A stretch of 64,000 nt of DNA from Thermoplasmata archaeon (GTDB lineage Archaea; Thermoplasmatota; SW-10-69-26; JACQPN01; JAJPHT01): positions 1 through 64,000 of the forward strand of contig JAXDQU010000021.1 in NCBI GenBank assembly GCA_034667685.1. Direction: 5' to 3'. Under the pieces are notes generated by a model. That model did no database searches. It saw only the letters and a list, made by a program, of their open reading frames with translations, and was not told the origin of the DNA. This document shows, piece by piece, positions 18,877 to 27,380 of this stretch (within the stretch, counting starts at the first letter, position 1; each line of letters starts with the position of its first letter). The position numbers were made by a program, and so were the translations under genes.

Positions 18877-19304
18877 TACTTCACGATCCAGAGCGAGACG
18901 GCGTAGCCCATGTCGACATCCGGCCCGGCGGGCGCCTGCCCCATCGCGAAGTCGGCGTTGTCCACGAGGAAGCAGCCCGACTCGTTCGTGGGCAGATCGG
19001 CGTCCATCGCGCCCCCCGTGCTGTTGAGAAGCGAGGCGAGCGGCGCGAAGCCGTGCGTGCCGTAGGCGGAGCACTGCGCGCCGGCGGCGATCCACGCGTC
19101 GACGCGCGCGGTCGCGTTCCACGTCACGCGGACGTGCGCGGCATGGCCCTGCGCGCCGAAGGGGGGCGACGAGAAGACCTGCTCGCGCGGGATCGTGACC
19201 GCGTGCGCGTCCGTGCCGTCGGGCGCCCTCGCGTACGGATCGACGGGCGCAGGCGCGGCGCAGCCGGCGACGAGGGCGAGGGCAAGGGCGAGGGCGAGCC
19301 TCAC
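18876..19304 (-). CDS. Lipoprotein, unknown function
   Basis: Lipobox LVAGC. Confidence 0.75.
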   Translation of the reverse strand: MRLALALALALVAGCAAPAPVDPYARAPDGTDAHAVTIPREQVFSSPPFGAQGHAAHVRVTWNATARVDAWIAAGAQCSAYGTHGFAPLASLLNSTGGAMDADLPTNESGCFLVDNADFAMGQAPAGPDVDMGYAVSLWIVK

Positions 19305-19900
19305 GCGCCCGCCTCCAGGAGCAGCTCGAGATAGCTTTTCCGCTCGGTGCGCGCGAGTCCCCAGCGCGCCAGCAGCGCCATCGCGTCGCGCTCAGCGTCA
19401 TCGCGCGCACGCGATGGCGCTGATAGGCCGGGCCGCAGCCCGGCCGTGTCGGCCTGCGCGCGGCCCGCGCCTTCGGGAAGCTGGCGCTCCAGCTCGACGA
19501 AGAAGCCGAGCGGAGGCACCTCGTCGAGCGCGACCTCGAAGCCCGCGTGGTCGAAGAGCGCGCGCGTCTTGCGCACGACGCGCACCTCGCGGAAGCCCAG
19601 CGCCTCCAGCACGCCGCGCATCGGCGCCGCGTCGGCCAACGGCACGACGACCTCGCGGCGCGCCTTGGTCCGCGCGTCGAGCTTCGGGCCCTTGTAGGTG
19701 AGGTCCGCCCTTCCCGCCCTGTCAGAGAGCCGGAGCGCCTCGTCGGTCCGCGCGAAGTCGCGCGCCGGGTGCGCGAAGTAGGCGTCGGCGTGCGCCTCGA
19801 CGCGCAGCGGAGGTCCGAGCGCCGCGCGCAGCGCCTCCAGCCGCTCGGGGGGCACGGGCGCCTTGACCTCGAACTCGATCACGCGGCGCGCGAGGCGCAT
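19301..19900 (-). CDS. cyaB: Class IV adenylate cyclase / CYTH protein
   Basis: EFEVK, DEALRL, LTYKGPK, V.K.R, LDEV..LG.FVELE, SYLELL. Confidence 0.9.
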   Translation of the reverse strand: MRLARRVIEFEVKAPVPPERLEALRAALGPPLRVEAHADAYFAHPARDFARTDEALRLSDRAGRADLTYKGPKLDARTKARREVVVPLADAAPMRGVLEALGFREVRVVRKTRALFDHAGFEVALDEVPPLGFFVELERQLPEGAGRAQADTAGLRPGLSAPSRARDDAERDAMALLARWGLARTERKSYLELLLEAGA

Positions 19901-19940
19901 CTTCCGAAAAGGTTCTTTCCCGGCGCCCCCCTCGCCCCGC

Positions 19941-20606
19941 GTGCGCCGCGCGCTGCTGGTCTGCCTGGGCCTGGCCCTCCTCGCGCCGGGCTGCCTCGAC
20001 CTCTCGGCCGCGCGCGTGCCCGACCGGCTCCTCGAAGGGCGCGGCGGCAACGGCTGGGAGCGCAACGAGACCGCCTCGCAGGACGCGGCGCAGGGCGGCC
20101 CCACCGCCAAGAGCCAGACGCTCGTCTACGACCACCCGCAGGGCTCCGGGCCGGGATATCAGGGCTCGCTCTCCGTCACGACGCTGCGCACGCTCCTGCG
20201 CCCCAGCGAGGACGGCGTGCGCGGCGACCTCGCCGCGCGCATCAAGGACCGCGCCCAGGCGCAGGGCATCGCGATCCAGGGCGGGCCCGCCACCGGCACG
20301 CGCCACCTGGGCAACGGCGCGCAGGCCTTCTGGTTCGTCTACGACGGCACCGCCTCCGCCGCCTCCGGCTTCTTCAGCACCAACGCCGCGGTGAAGATCT
20401 TCGGCGAGGTCTTCCAGTGCCCCAACGCCAAGACCGAGGTCGCCACCATCGGCCTCGCCCAGATCACCAACCAGCGCTCGGTGGGCGGCGTGCCCATCTC
20501 CACCGACAACGACGACACGACCTGGCAGCAGATCGTCGCCGACCCCGCCGGTGATATCAGCGCCGCGCGCGGGAACGACGGGCTGGCGTACAACGTGGTG
20601 TGTTGA
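19941..20606 (+). CDS. Lipoprotein, unknown function
   Basis: GTG start, lipobox LAPGC. Confidence 0.75.
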   Translation: MRRALLVCLGLALLAPGCLDLSAARVPDRLLEGRGGNGWERNETASQDAAQGGPTAKSQTLVYDHPQGSGPGYQGSLSVTTLRTLLRPSEDGVRGDLAARIKDRAQAQGIAIQGGPATGTRHLGNGAQAFWFVYDGTASAASGFFSTNAAVKIFGEVFQCPNAKTEVATIGLAQITNQRSVGGVPISTDNDDTTWQQIVADPAGDISAARGNDGLAYNVVC

Positions 20607-20638
20607 CGAGGACGCGGCTCGGCGTGGTGACCTCTGCG

Positions 20639-21400
20639 ATGCGCGCCCCCTGCTTCCTTGCCCTTCTCGCCCTGGTCACGTTCGCAGGGTGCGCGCAGCA
20701 AGGACCTTCGTCAACCGCGGAGAGCGCCGACCTTTCTGCGCTCGTGACGGACGCGCAGGCCACGATCGTTGACGCGACGTGGGCGTCTCCACCCGGCTCC
20801 AACGCGTCGGGTTTCGGCCTCGTCAACCGCTCGGCCCTCACGGTCGAGATCACGCTCCACGTGCCGTCGAACCTCACGATCACGGACGTCCACGTCGAGG
20901 GCTTGGACGCATCGACCACGTCGCTCTCCGGCCAGGGAACGGCTGTTGCGATCGTCGCACTCCGCGACCCGATGCGATCGTGGTCGCACGCCATGCCCCT
21001 CCGCCTCGTCACGCCCGAGGCCACCTACGACGTCCCGCAGGCCGACGCGACGCAATGGCTCTCCCTCGCGGGAAACCTCTCGGCGGATGGGCGGATCGCG
21101 GGCCACTTCGCGACGAACGTCTCCCTCGCCGTGCCGGCCCCCGCGCCGTTCCCCCGTCCGCGCGGTGACGAGATCACGGAGGGCACCGACGTGCGCTTGG
21201 GTCTGGACCATCCGCCCGTTCCCCCGAGGTGGACCCAGAACGACGTGGACCTCCTCTGGATCGTGGACAACGCCACCCTCGCGCGCGGCAACGGATTCCA
21301 CCTGACGCTCGGCGAGGGCCGCCACGCCTACTCCCTCGTGGCGACGAACGGGCTGCGGGCCGTGGGGCTCGAAGAATCGTTCTGCGTCGTCCGCTGCTGA
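20639..21400 (+). CDS. Lipoprotein, unknown function
   Basis: Lipobox FAGC. Confidence 0.65.
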   Translation: MRAPCFLALLALVTFAGCAQQGPSSTAESADLSALVTDAQATIVDATWASPPGSNASGFGLVNRSALTVEITLHVPSNLTITDVHVEGLDASTTSLSGQGTAVAIVALRDPMRSWSHAMPLRLVTPEATYDVPQADATQWLSLAGNLSADGRIAGHFATNVSLAVPAPAPFPRPRGDEITEGTDVRLGLDHPPVPPRWTQNDVDLLWIVDNATLARGNGFHLTLGEGRHAYSLVATNGLRAVGLEESFCVVRC

Positions 21401-21446
21401 GGCACCGCGAGCCTTCATATAGGCCGTCCCGCTTCGCCGCCATCGT

Positions 21447-22196
21447 ATGGTCGCCGCGGGCACCCTGGTGAAGGTCGACTACGAAGCGTGGACGGAGGAC
21501 GGCGAGCTCTTCGACACGACGAAGCGCGACGTCGCCAAGGCGCACAACAAGTTCAGCGAGGAGATCGTCTACGAGCCGCTGCCCGTGCTCGTGGGCTCGG
21601 GTCGCGTCATCCCCGGCTTCGACGAGGCGCTCCAGGCCGCCAAGACGGGCGAGGCGCAGGAAGTCACCATCCCGCCCACGAAGGCGTTCGGCGAGAAGGA
21701 CCCCAACAAGGTCGACACGATCCCGCTGCGCGAGTTCCAGAAGCAGGAGGTCAACCCGTATCCGGGCATGCGCCTCCAGCACCAGGGCAAGATGGCGACC
21801 GTCGTCGCGGTCAGCCCGGGCCGCGTGCGCGTGGACTACAACCCGCCCCTCGCGGGCAAGTCGCTCACGTACAAGTTCACCATCACGCAGGAGATCACGG
21901 ACCCCGTCGAGAAGGTCAAGGGCTTCATCGAGCTCGCCTACGGCCAGGGGCGCGCGGACGGCTTCCAGATCGACGCGCAGGGCGACCGCGTGACCATCAC
22001 GCTGCCCGACTCGTGCAAGTACGACCAGCGCTGGTTCGTCGCCAAGTACCGCCTCGTCTCCGACCTGCGCACCTTCGCGGGCATGAAGACGACGCGCTTC
22101 GTCGAGGAGTATGCGACGACCGAGACCGCGGCGGCCGCCACCGGCGAGACGCACACGCACGCCGACGGGACGGTGCACGCGGGCCCCGCCCACTGA
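21447..22196 (+). CDS. slyD: Long-type archaeal FKBP peptidyl-prolyl isomerase
   Basis: VKVDY, FDTT, VIPGFDEAL, VDYNPPLAGK; His-containing tail. Confidence 0.92.
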   Translation: MVAAGTLVKVDYEAWTEDGELFDTTKRDVAKAHNKFSEEIVYEPLPVLVGSGRVIPGFDEALQAAKTGEAQEVTIPPTKAFGEKDPNKVDTIPLREFQKQEVNPYPGMRLQHQGKMATVVAVSPGRVRVDYNPPLAGKSLTYKFTITQEITDPVEKVKGFIELAYGQGRADGFQIDAQGDRVTITLPDSCKYDQRWFVAKYRLVSDLRTFAGMKTTRFVEEYATTETAAAATGETHTHADGTVHAGPAH

Positions 22197-22332
22197 AGCC
22201 CGTGTGCACGCGACGCGTCCCGCAGGACGCGGCGCCGGTCCACGCGGGTCCGGCGCACTAGGACAAGTCCACGGAGCCCCCGCGCTGCGGAGGCGCAACC
22301 GCGATGCGGAGCGTGCGCGCTGTCCCGCCCGC

Positions 22333-22536
22333 ATGAAGCTCTTCCCCCTGCTCGTCGTCATGCTCGCGTTCGGCGCGCTCGCCGTCCCCGCGGCTTCGGC
22401 CACCGGCGCGTGCACGCCCTACCTGGCGTTCATCGACCCCAACCCGGTCTCGCACCAGTGCGCGGGCGCGTACGCTTCGGGCGACCAGCTTTGCGCGTAC
22501 GCAAGCAGCGTCGTCAAGTGCGTGAAGCTCCTCTGA
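22333..22536 (+). CDS. Small secreted 4-Cys peptide (67 aa)
   Basis: MKLFPLLVVMLAFGALAVPAASA signal followed by 4 Cys. Confidence 0.65.
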   Translation: MKLFPLLVVMLAFGALAVPAASATGACTPYLAFIDPNPVSHQCAGAYASGDQLCAYASSVVKCVKLL

Positions 22537-22542
22537 GCGTCC

Positions 22543-22794
22543 ATGAGCCCGCGCGCGCTGCTGCTCTGGGGCATCGTCCTCGCCCTCGTGGCGGTGGCGC
22601 TCGCCGCGCTGGGCCGCGCGGTCCGCGGGCCCGCGAACCCCGAGTGCGCCGGGCTCGCCGCGTTCGGCTGCGGCGGGGCGTATCTGGCGGGCGCGCTCGT
22701 CCAGCTCCTGGCGCTTCCCGTCGGGATCGCCGCGGGCACGCTCGTCGCGGTCTGGCTGGGCCGCCGCGCGCAGGCCGCGGAGGAGCAGGACTGA
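22543..22794 (+). CDS. Small two-TM membrane protein
   Basis: Two hydrophobic segments with a C-x7-C loop. Confidence 0.6.
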   Translation: MSPRALLLWGIVLALVAVALAALGRAVRGPANPECAGLAAFGCGGAYLAGALVQLLALPVGIAAGTLVAVWLGRRAQAAEEQD

Positions 22795-22846
22795 CGCCCC
22801 GCGCGGGCGCGAAGCCTTCAAAGGCCGGCAGCGCCTCGCGCGCCCG

Positions 22847-23371
22847 ATGAGCCAGCTGCGCGACGCGCTGATCGCCTGTGGCGCCGTGCGATTCGGGGAC
22901 TTCACCCTTGCCAGCGGCGCGAGGTCGAAGTACTACGTCGATATCAAGCGCGCGAGCACCGACCCCAAGGTCCTCAAGCTCATGGGCGACGGGCTGGGCG
23001 CCCACGCCAAGGGCGCGGCGCGCATCGCCGGCATGGAGCTTGGCGCCGTCCCGCTCGCCGCCGCGGCCGCGCTCGCCTCCGGCATCCCGTTCATCATGGT
23101 GCGCAAGAAGCCCAAGGGGCACGGCACCAACACGCAGCTCGAAGGCGTGTACGAGGCGGGCATGGACGTCGTGGTGGTCGAGGACGTGACCACGAGCGGC
23201 GGCAGCAGCGCGGAGGCCGTCAAGGTCCTGCGCGAGGCGGGCCTGCGCGTCACGAAAGTCGTCACGGTGGTCGACCGCGAGGCGGGCGCCGCGAAGGCCT
23301 TCGCAGACATGGGCGTCGGCTTCGAGTCGCTGGTCACCGCGAGCGAGCTGCTCAAGGAGGCGAAGCTCTGA
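22847..23371 (+). CDS. pyrE: Orotate phosphoribosyltransferase
   Basis: FTLASG..S.YYVD, VRKKPKGHG, VVVEDVTTSGGS. Confidence 0.96.
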   Translation: MSQLRDALIACGAVRFGDFTLASGARSKYYVDIKRASTDPKVLKLMGDGLGAHAKGAARIAGMELGAVPLAAAAALASGIPFIMVRKKPKGHGTNTQLEGVYEAGMDVVVVEDVTTSGGSSAEAVKVLREAGLRVTKVVTVVDREAGAAKAFADMGVGFESLVTASELLKEAKL

Positions 23372-24711
23372 CGCGCGTCCTTCTCGTGGGCGGCGGAGCG
23401 AGGGAGCACGCCATCGCAGAGGCGCTCGTGCGCAGCGGCGCGACGCTCTTCGCCGCGCTGCCCAATGCGAACCCCGGCATCCTGAGCCTCGCCAAGGAGC
23501 ACGCGATCCTGAAGGACACCGACGCGGCCGGCATCGCGCAGAAGGCGCGCGACTGGCACGTCGAGTACGCCGTGGTCGGGCCGGACGCCGCCCTCGCGGC
23601 GGGCGTCACCGACGCGCTGAGGGGCTCCGGCGTCCACGTCGCGAGCCCGACGAAGAACGCGGCCGAGATCGAGTGGAGCAAGGCGTTCATGCGCGACCTG
23701 CTGGAGCGCCACCACATCCCGGGCCGCGTGAAGTACCGCACCTTCCACACGATGCAAGGCGTGCGCGAGACGTTGGCCGAGATGTGGCCCGTCGCCGTGA
23801 AGCCCATCGGCCTCACCGGCGGCAAGGGCGTCAAGGTCAGCGGCGAGCACGTGAAGACCCTCGACGAGGCGCTCGCCTACGCCGAGGAATGCATCGCCGG
23901 GGGCGCGTGCATCATCGAGGAGAAGGTCGAGGGCGAGGAGTTCTCGCTCCAGGCGTTCTGCGACGGGCGTCACGCGGTGCCGATGCCCGCGGTGCAGGAC
24001 CACAAGCGCGCCTTCGAGGGCGACGAGGGGCCGAACACCGGCGGCATGGGCGCGTACTCCGGCGAGAAGGGGCTGCTCCCTTTCCTGACGCGGGAGGAGT
24101 ACGACCAAGGCGTCGTGATCCTCAACCACATCCTCGCGGCGCTCGCCAAGGAAGGCCGGCCGTTCGTGGGCACCATCTACGGCCAGTTCATGCTATCACG
24201 AACGGGCCCGCGCGTCATCGAGATCAACGCGCGCTTCGGCGACCCCGAGGCGATGAACGTGCTGACGCTCCTGGAGAGCAGCTACCTGGAGATCGTCAAG
24301 GCGATGGCGGCAGGCAAGCTCGACTCATCGCTCGTCCGCTTCGCCCACGACGCGACGGTCTGCAAGTACGTCGTGCCCGAAGGCTACGGCGTCAAGAGCA
24401 TGGCGAACGAGCCGCTCGCGGTGGACGAGGGCGCGATCCAGAAGCTCGGCGCGCGCGTCTACTACGCGGCCGTGAACCAGACGGGTGGCGCGCGGGGCGC
24501 GCGCGTCGAGGCCACGACCACCACGAGCCGCAGCGTCGGTGTCGTCGCCACCGGCGCCACGCTGGCCGAGGCCGAGGCGAAGGCGGAGAAGGCCGTCGCG
24601 CTCGTCACCGGGCCGCACCTCTACCACCGCCGCGACGTGGGCAGCGCGGCGCTCGTCGCGAAGCGCGTCGAGCACATGCGGCGCGTGCGGGCTGGGCAGA
24701 GCGAGGCGTGA
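23368..24711 (+). CDS. purD: Phosphoribosylamine-glycine ligase (probable CTG start)
   Basis: (L)TRVLLVGGGAREHA, QDHKR, GPNTGGMG, EINARFGDPE. Confidence 0.96.
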   Translation: MTRVLLVGGGAREHAIAEALVRSGATLFAALPNANPGILSLAKEHAILKDTDAAGIAQKARDWHVEYAVVGPDAALAAGVTDALRGSGVHVASPTKNAAEIEWSKAFMRDLLERHHIPGRVKYRTFHTMQGVRETLAEMWPVAVKPIGLTGGKGVKVSGEHVKTLDEALAYAEECIAGGACIIEEKVEGEEFSLQAFCDGRHAVPMPAVQDHKRAFEGDEGPNTGGMGAYSGEKGLLPFLTREEYDQGVVILNHILAALAKEGRPFVGTIYGQFMLSRTGPRVIEINARFGDPEAMNVLTLLESSYLEIVKAMAAGKLDSSLVRFAHDATVCKYVVPEGYGVKSMANEPLAVDEGAIQKLGARVYYAAVNQTGGARGARVEATTTTSRSVGVVATGATLAEAEAKAEKAVALVTGPHLYHRRDVGSAALVAKRVEHMRRVRAGQSEA

Positions 24712-24742
24712 GATCAGCGTCTCCGCGTCCCATGCCCGGATC

Positions 24743-24844
24743 GTGACCCTCGCGGGAACCCGACGGACCCGAAACCCGAGAACCCGCACGTCCTTGGCCT
24801 CGGGTCGGCGGGTCCTCGGGTTCTCGGGTTTTTCTCCGGGTCAC
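24743..24844. repeat. Intergenic palindrome, GTGACCC...GGGTCAC family with ACCCGA units
   Basis: Shares ends and subunits with 49132-49214. Confidence 0.8.
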
Positions 24845-24886
24845 GCCACCGAAGATTCAAAGAGGAGACGAGCGTAGCGCCGCCCG

Positions 24887-25693
24887 ATGCCCGACGAAGA
24901 GCCGGTCCACGTGTACGTCATCGGAACGGCCGGCAGCGGCAAGTCGCGCTTCACCGCCGCCTTCGGGCGCTGGATGAAGGAGCACGGCCAGGAGATCGTC
25001 GCGCTCAACCTCGATCCGGGCGCCGAGGCGCTGCCCTACGCGCCCGACGTGGACATCCGCGAGTGGATCCAGCTCGCCGAGGTCATGGATCGCTATCAAT
25101 TGGGCCCGAACGGCGCGCAGGTCATGGCGGCCGACCTCCTCGCGCTGCGCCTGGGCGACGTCAAGGAGCAGCTCTCCGAGTACCGCGCGCCCTACGTGCT
25201 GGCCGACACGCCGGGCCAGACGGAGCTGTTCGTGTTCCGCGAGTCGGGGCGCGTCACGGTGGAATTGCTGGCGCCGGGCCGCTCGTGCATCCTCTTCCTG
25301 CTTGATCCGTTCCTCGCGCGCAAGCCCAGCGCGTTCGTCTCGCTGCTGCTCCTGGGCGCCACGACGCAGTTCCGCTTCGGCATCCCGATGCTCTACGTGA
25401 TCCCGAAGCGCGACCTGCTCAAGCCCGAGGAGCTGGAGCGCCTCGCCGGCTGGACGAGCGACTCCGCGCGGCTGGAGGACGACCTGGCCAACGAGAAGGC
25501 GGACATGGTCAACCAGATGAGCAGCGATGCGTTCCGCGTGCTCGACGGGATGGGCGGCCTCAGCGCGGGCGTGCCCGTCTCCAGCGAGACGCTCGAAGGC
25601 ATGGAGGACGTGTACGCGTGGATCCAGGAGGTGTTCGCCGGAGGCGAAGACCTCGTGGAGTCGGCGAGCCTCAGCGCCGGCGACGACTCGTGA
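24887..25693 (+). CDS. GPN-loop GTPase
   Basis: GTAGSGKS, NLDPG, LGPNG, DTPGQTE. Confidence 0.95.
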   Translation: MPDEEPVHVYVIGTAGSGKSRFTAAFGRWMKEHGQEIVALNLDPGAEALPYAPDVDIREWIQLAEVMDRYQLGPNGAQVMAADLLALRLGDVKEQLSEYRAPYVLADTPGQTELFVFRESGRVTVELLAPGRSCILFLLDPFLARKPSAFVSLLLLGATTQFRFGIPMLYVIPKRDLLKPEELERLAGWTSDSARLEDDLANEKADMVNQMSSDAFRVLDGMGGLSAGVPVSSETLEGMEDVYAWIQEVFAGGEDLVESASLSAGDDS

Positions 25694-27254
25694 GCACCGC
25701 CGCCACGAGCGCCGCGGCCACGAGGAGCGCGACGCCCGCGCCGGGCGTCTGCGGGGAGGCGACCACGCCCGCCGCGGGCGAGGCGGCGACCGGCGGCGCG
25801 ACCGCGAAGCTTCCCAGCGCCAGCCTCGCGACGATGCCGTCGTCGTGCACGCCGTAGGTCGACGTCGAGGTCGAGGCGCTGTCGCTTGTCTCCCGCGGCG
25901 CGGGGGAGCCGGCGGTGGACGTGGCGTTGGTGCCCGCGATCGGCGTGAGCGGCGGCGCGCGCAGCTCCAGCGCGATGGCGTGCGCGCCCGGCGCGGCGCC
26001 CGCCGTGTCGGGCGAGAGGGGGAGCGTGGCGTTCGCGGGGACCTCGATCTCGCGCGAGGCGACCACGCGCCCGTCGGCCAGCGTGTCGAGCGTGAGCGTC
26101 GCGTGGCCCGGACCCTCGTTGCGAAGCGTCGCGGCCTGCGGGCCCGCCGCCTGGAGCGAGATGGCGACGGGCGCCTCCGACACGTCCCCGCCGCGCGTGA
26201 GGATCGAGCGCGCCATCGCGCCGGCGGGACCCTCGACGAGGAGCGCGTGCAGGCCATCCGAAGGGGCGGGGAAGCGGAGCGTGCCGTTCGCGTCGAGCGT
26301 CCCCAGGAGCGCGCCGTCGAGGCTGACGCGTGCCCCCGCCGCCTCCTTCGCGGTGAGCGTCAGGTTGCCGCTGCGGTCGGAGGCGAAGGCGAGCGCGTAG
26401 TCCGGCACCGCCTCGACCTGGATCGGATCCAGGCGGCCGACCTGCACCGGCACGGGGCCGGGCGTGGCCGGATGGAGCACGCGGCTGGACGGATCGAGGG
26501 GCGTCGCGGGGTCGGCGAAGCTCAGCGCCACGGCGGTGTCGCGCCCGACGGGCACCTGGAGCGGCGTCACCGCGAGGCGCGGCTGGCGGACGTCGAGGAA
26601 GCCGCCGACCGGCTCGCGGGCGTTGCCCGTGGCGCGCAGGAATGATAGCGAGTGGTTGCCCGCGGGGAGCGCGTCGAGGGCCGCGGCGTCGAGCGTGACG
26701 GTCCCCCGCTCGTCGGTGGCCAAGGGCTGCGCGTCGACGAAGAGCGTGCCGTGGACGGGTCGCCCGCCCTCCGAGACGGCGAGCGTCGCGTTCTCCGAGA
26801 GCTGCCGCCAGACGACCTCGCTGCCCTGCGCCTGGAGGAGGGCGGGCTCGCCGAGCGACTTGGAGCCGAGGTCGCGCGCGGGGGCGCTCGCGTGCGTGAA
26901 GGCGAGCGCGAGCACGACGCCCAGAAGGAGCGCCGCGGCGGCGGTGAGACCCATCACGAGGAAGAAGCGCGTGCGGCCCGGCGTGACGACGCGCTTGCCG
27001 CGCGGCGTGAGCTCGTAGTAGACCCAGAGCCGCTCGTCGTCGCGGCGCGCGACGAGCTGCGTGTCCTGGAGCTTCTTGAGGTGCTCCAGCACGGTGGCCT
27101 TGCCCAGGTTGAGCGCGGTCGCCAGCTCGGTGAGCGTCATGCGGCGCTGCTTGAGCAGGCGCAGGATGTCGCGGCGCGAGTCGCTCGCCAGCGTCCGGAG
27201 CAGGTCCGGGTCAAGCGGGATGTCTTCCGGTCCCGGGAGCGGCTCGGAGGACAT
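25671..27254 (-). CDS. ArsR-type HTH + TM + extracellular domain + PGF-CTERM-like tail
   Basis: LAS..RRDILRLL...HLKKL...YYELT; TM; C-terminal TPGAG-hydrophobic-RRRR. Confidence 0.82.
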   Translation of the reverse strand: MSSEPLPGPEDIPLDPDLLRTLASDSRRDILRLLKQRRMTLTELATALNLGKATVLEHLKKLQDTQLVARRDDERLWVYYELTPRGKRVVTPGRTRFFLVMGLTAAAALLLGVVLALAFTHASAPARDLGSKSLGEPALLQAQGSEVVWRQLSENATLAVSEGGRPVHGTLFVDAQPLATDERGTVTLDAAALDALPAGNHSLSFLRATGNAREPVGGFLDVRQPRLAVTPLQVPVGRDTAVALSFADPATPLDPSSRVLHPATPGPVPVQVGRLDPIQVEAVPDYALAFASDRSGNLTLTAKEAAGARVSLDGALLGTLDANGTLRFPAPSDGLHALLVEGPAGAMARSILTRGGDVSEAPVAISLQAAGPQAATLRNEGPGHATLTLDTLADGRVVASREIEVPANATLPLSPDTAGAAPGAHAIALELRAPPLTPIAGTNATSTAGSPAPRETSDSASTSTSTYGVHDDGIVARLALGSFAVAPPVAASPAAGVVASPQTPGAGVALLVAAALVAAVLTSRRRR

Positions 27255-27380
27255 CGGAACTAGATGGACGCGGGCGCGAATGAACCCCTGGGAAGGGTTC
27301 GGCTCCGGCCGAACGCCGTGTTCGGCGCGCGCCAACCCGAATCCGTGGGGTCATCGACGCGCCCGGCCCCTGCCTGCTCC

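Noticed and set aside
22177-22259. Imperfect direct repeat cacgcggg.cc.gc.cact at the slyD end as an att site
   Set aside because: Short, GC-rich and mismatched, with no integrase nearby.
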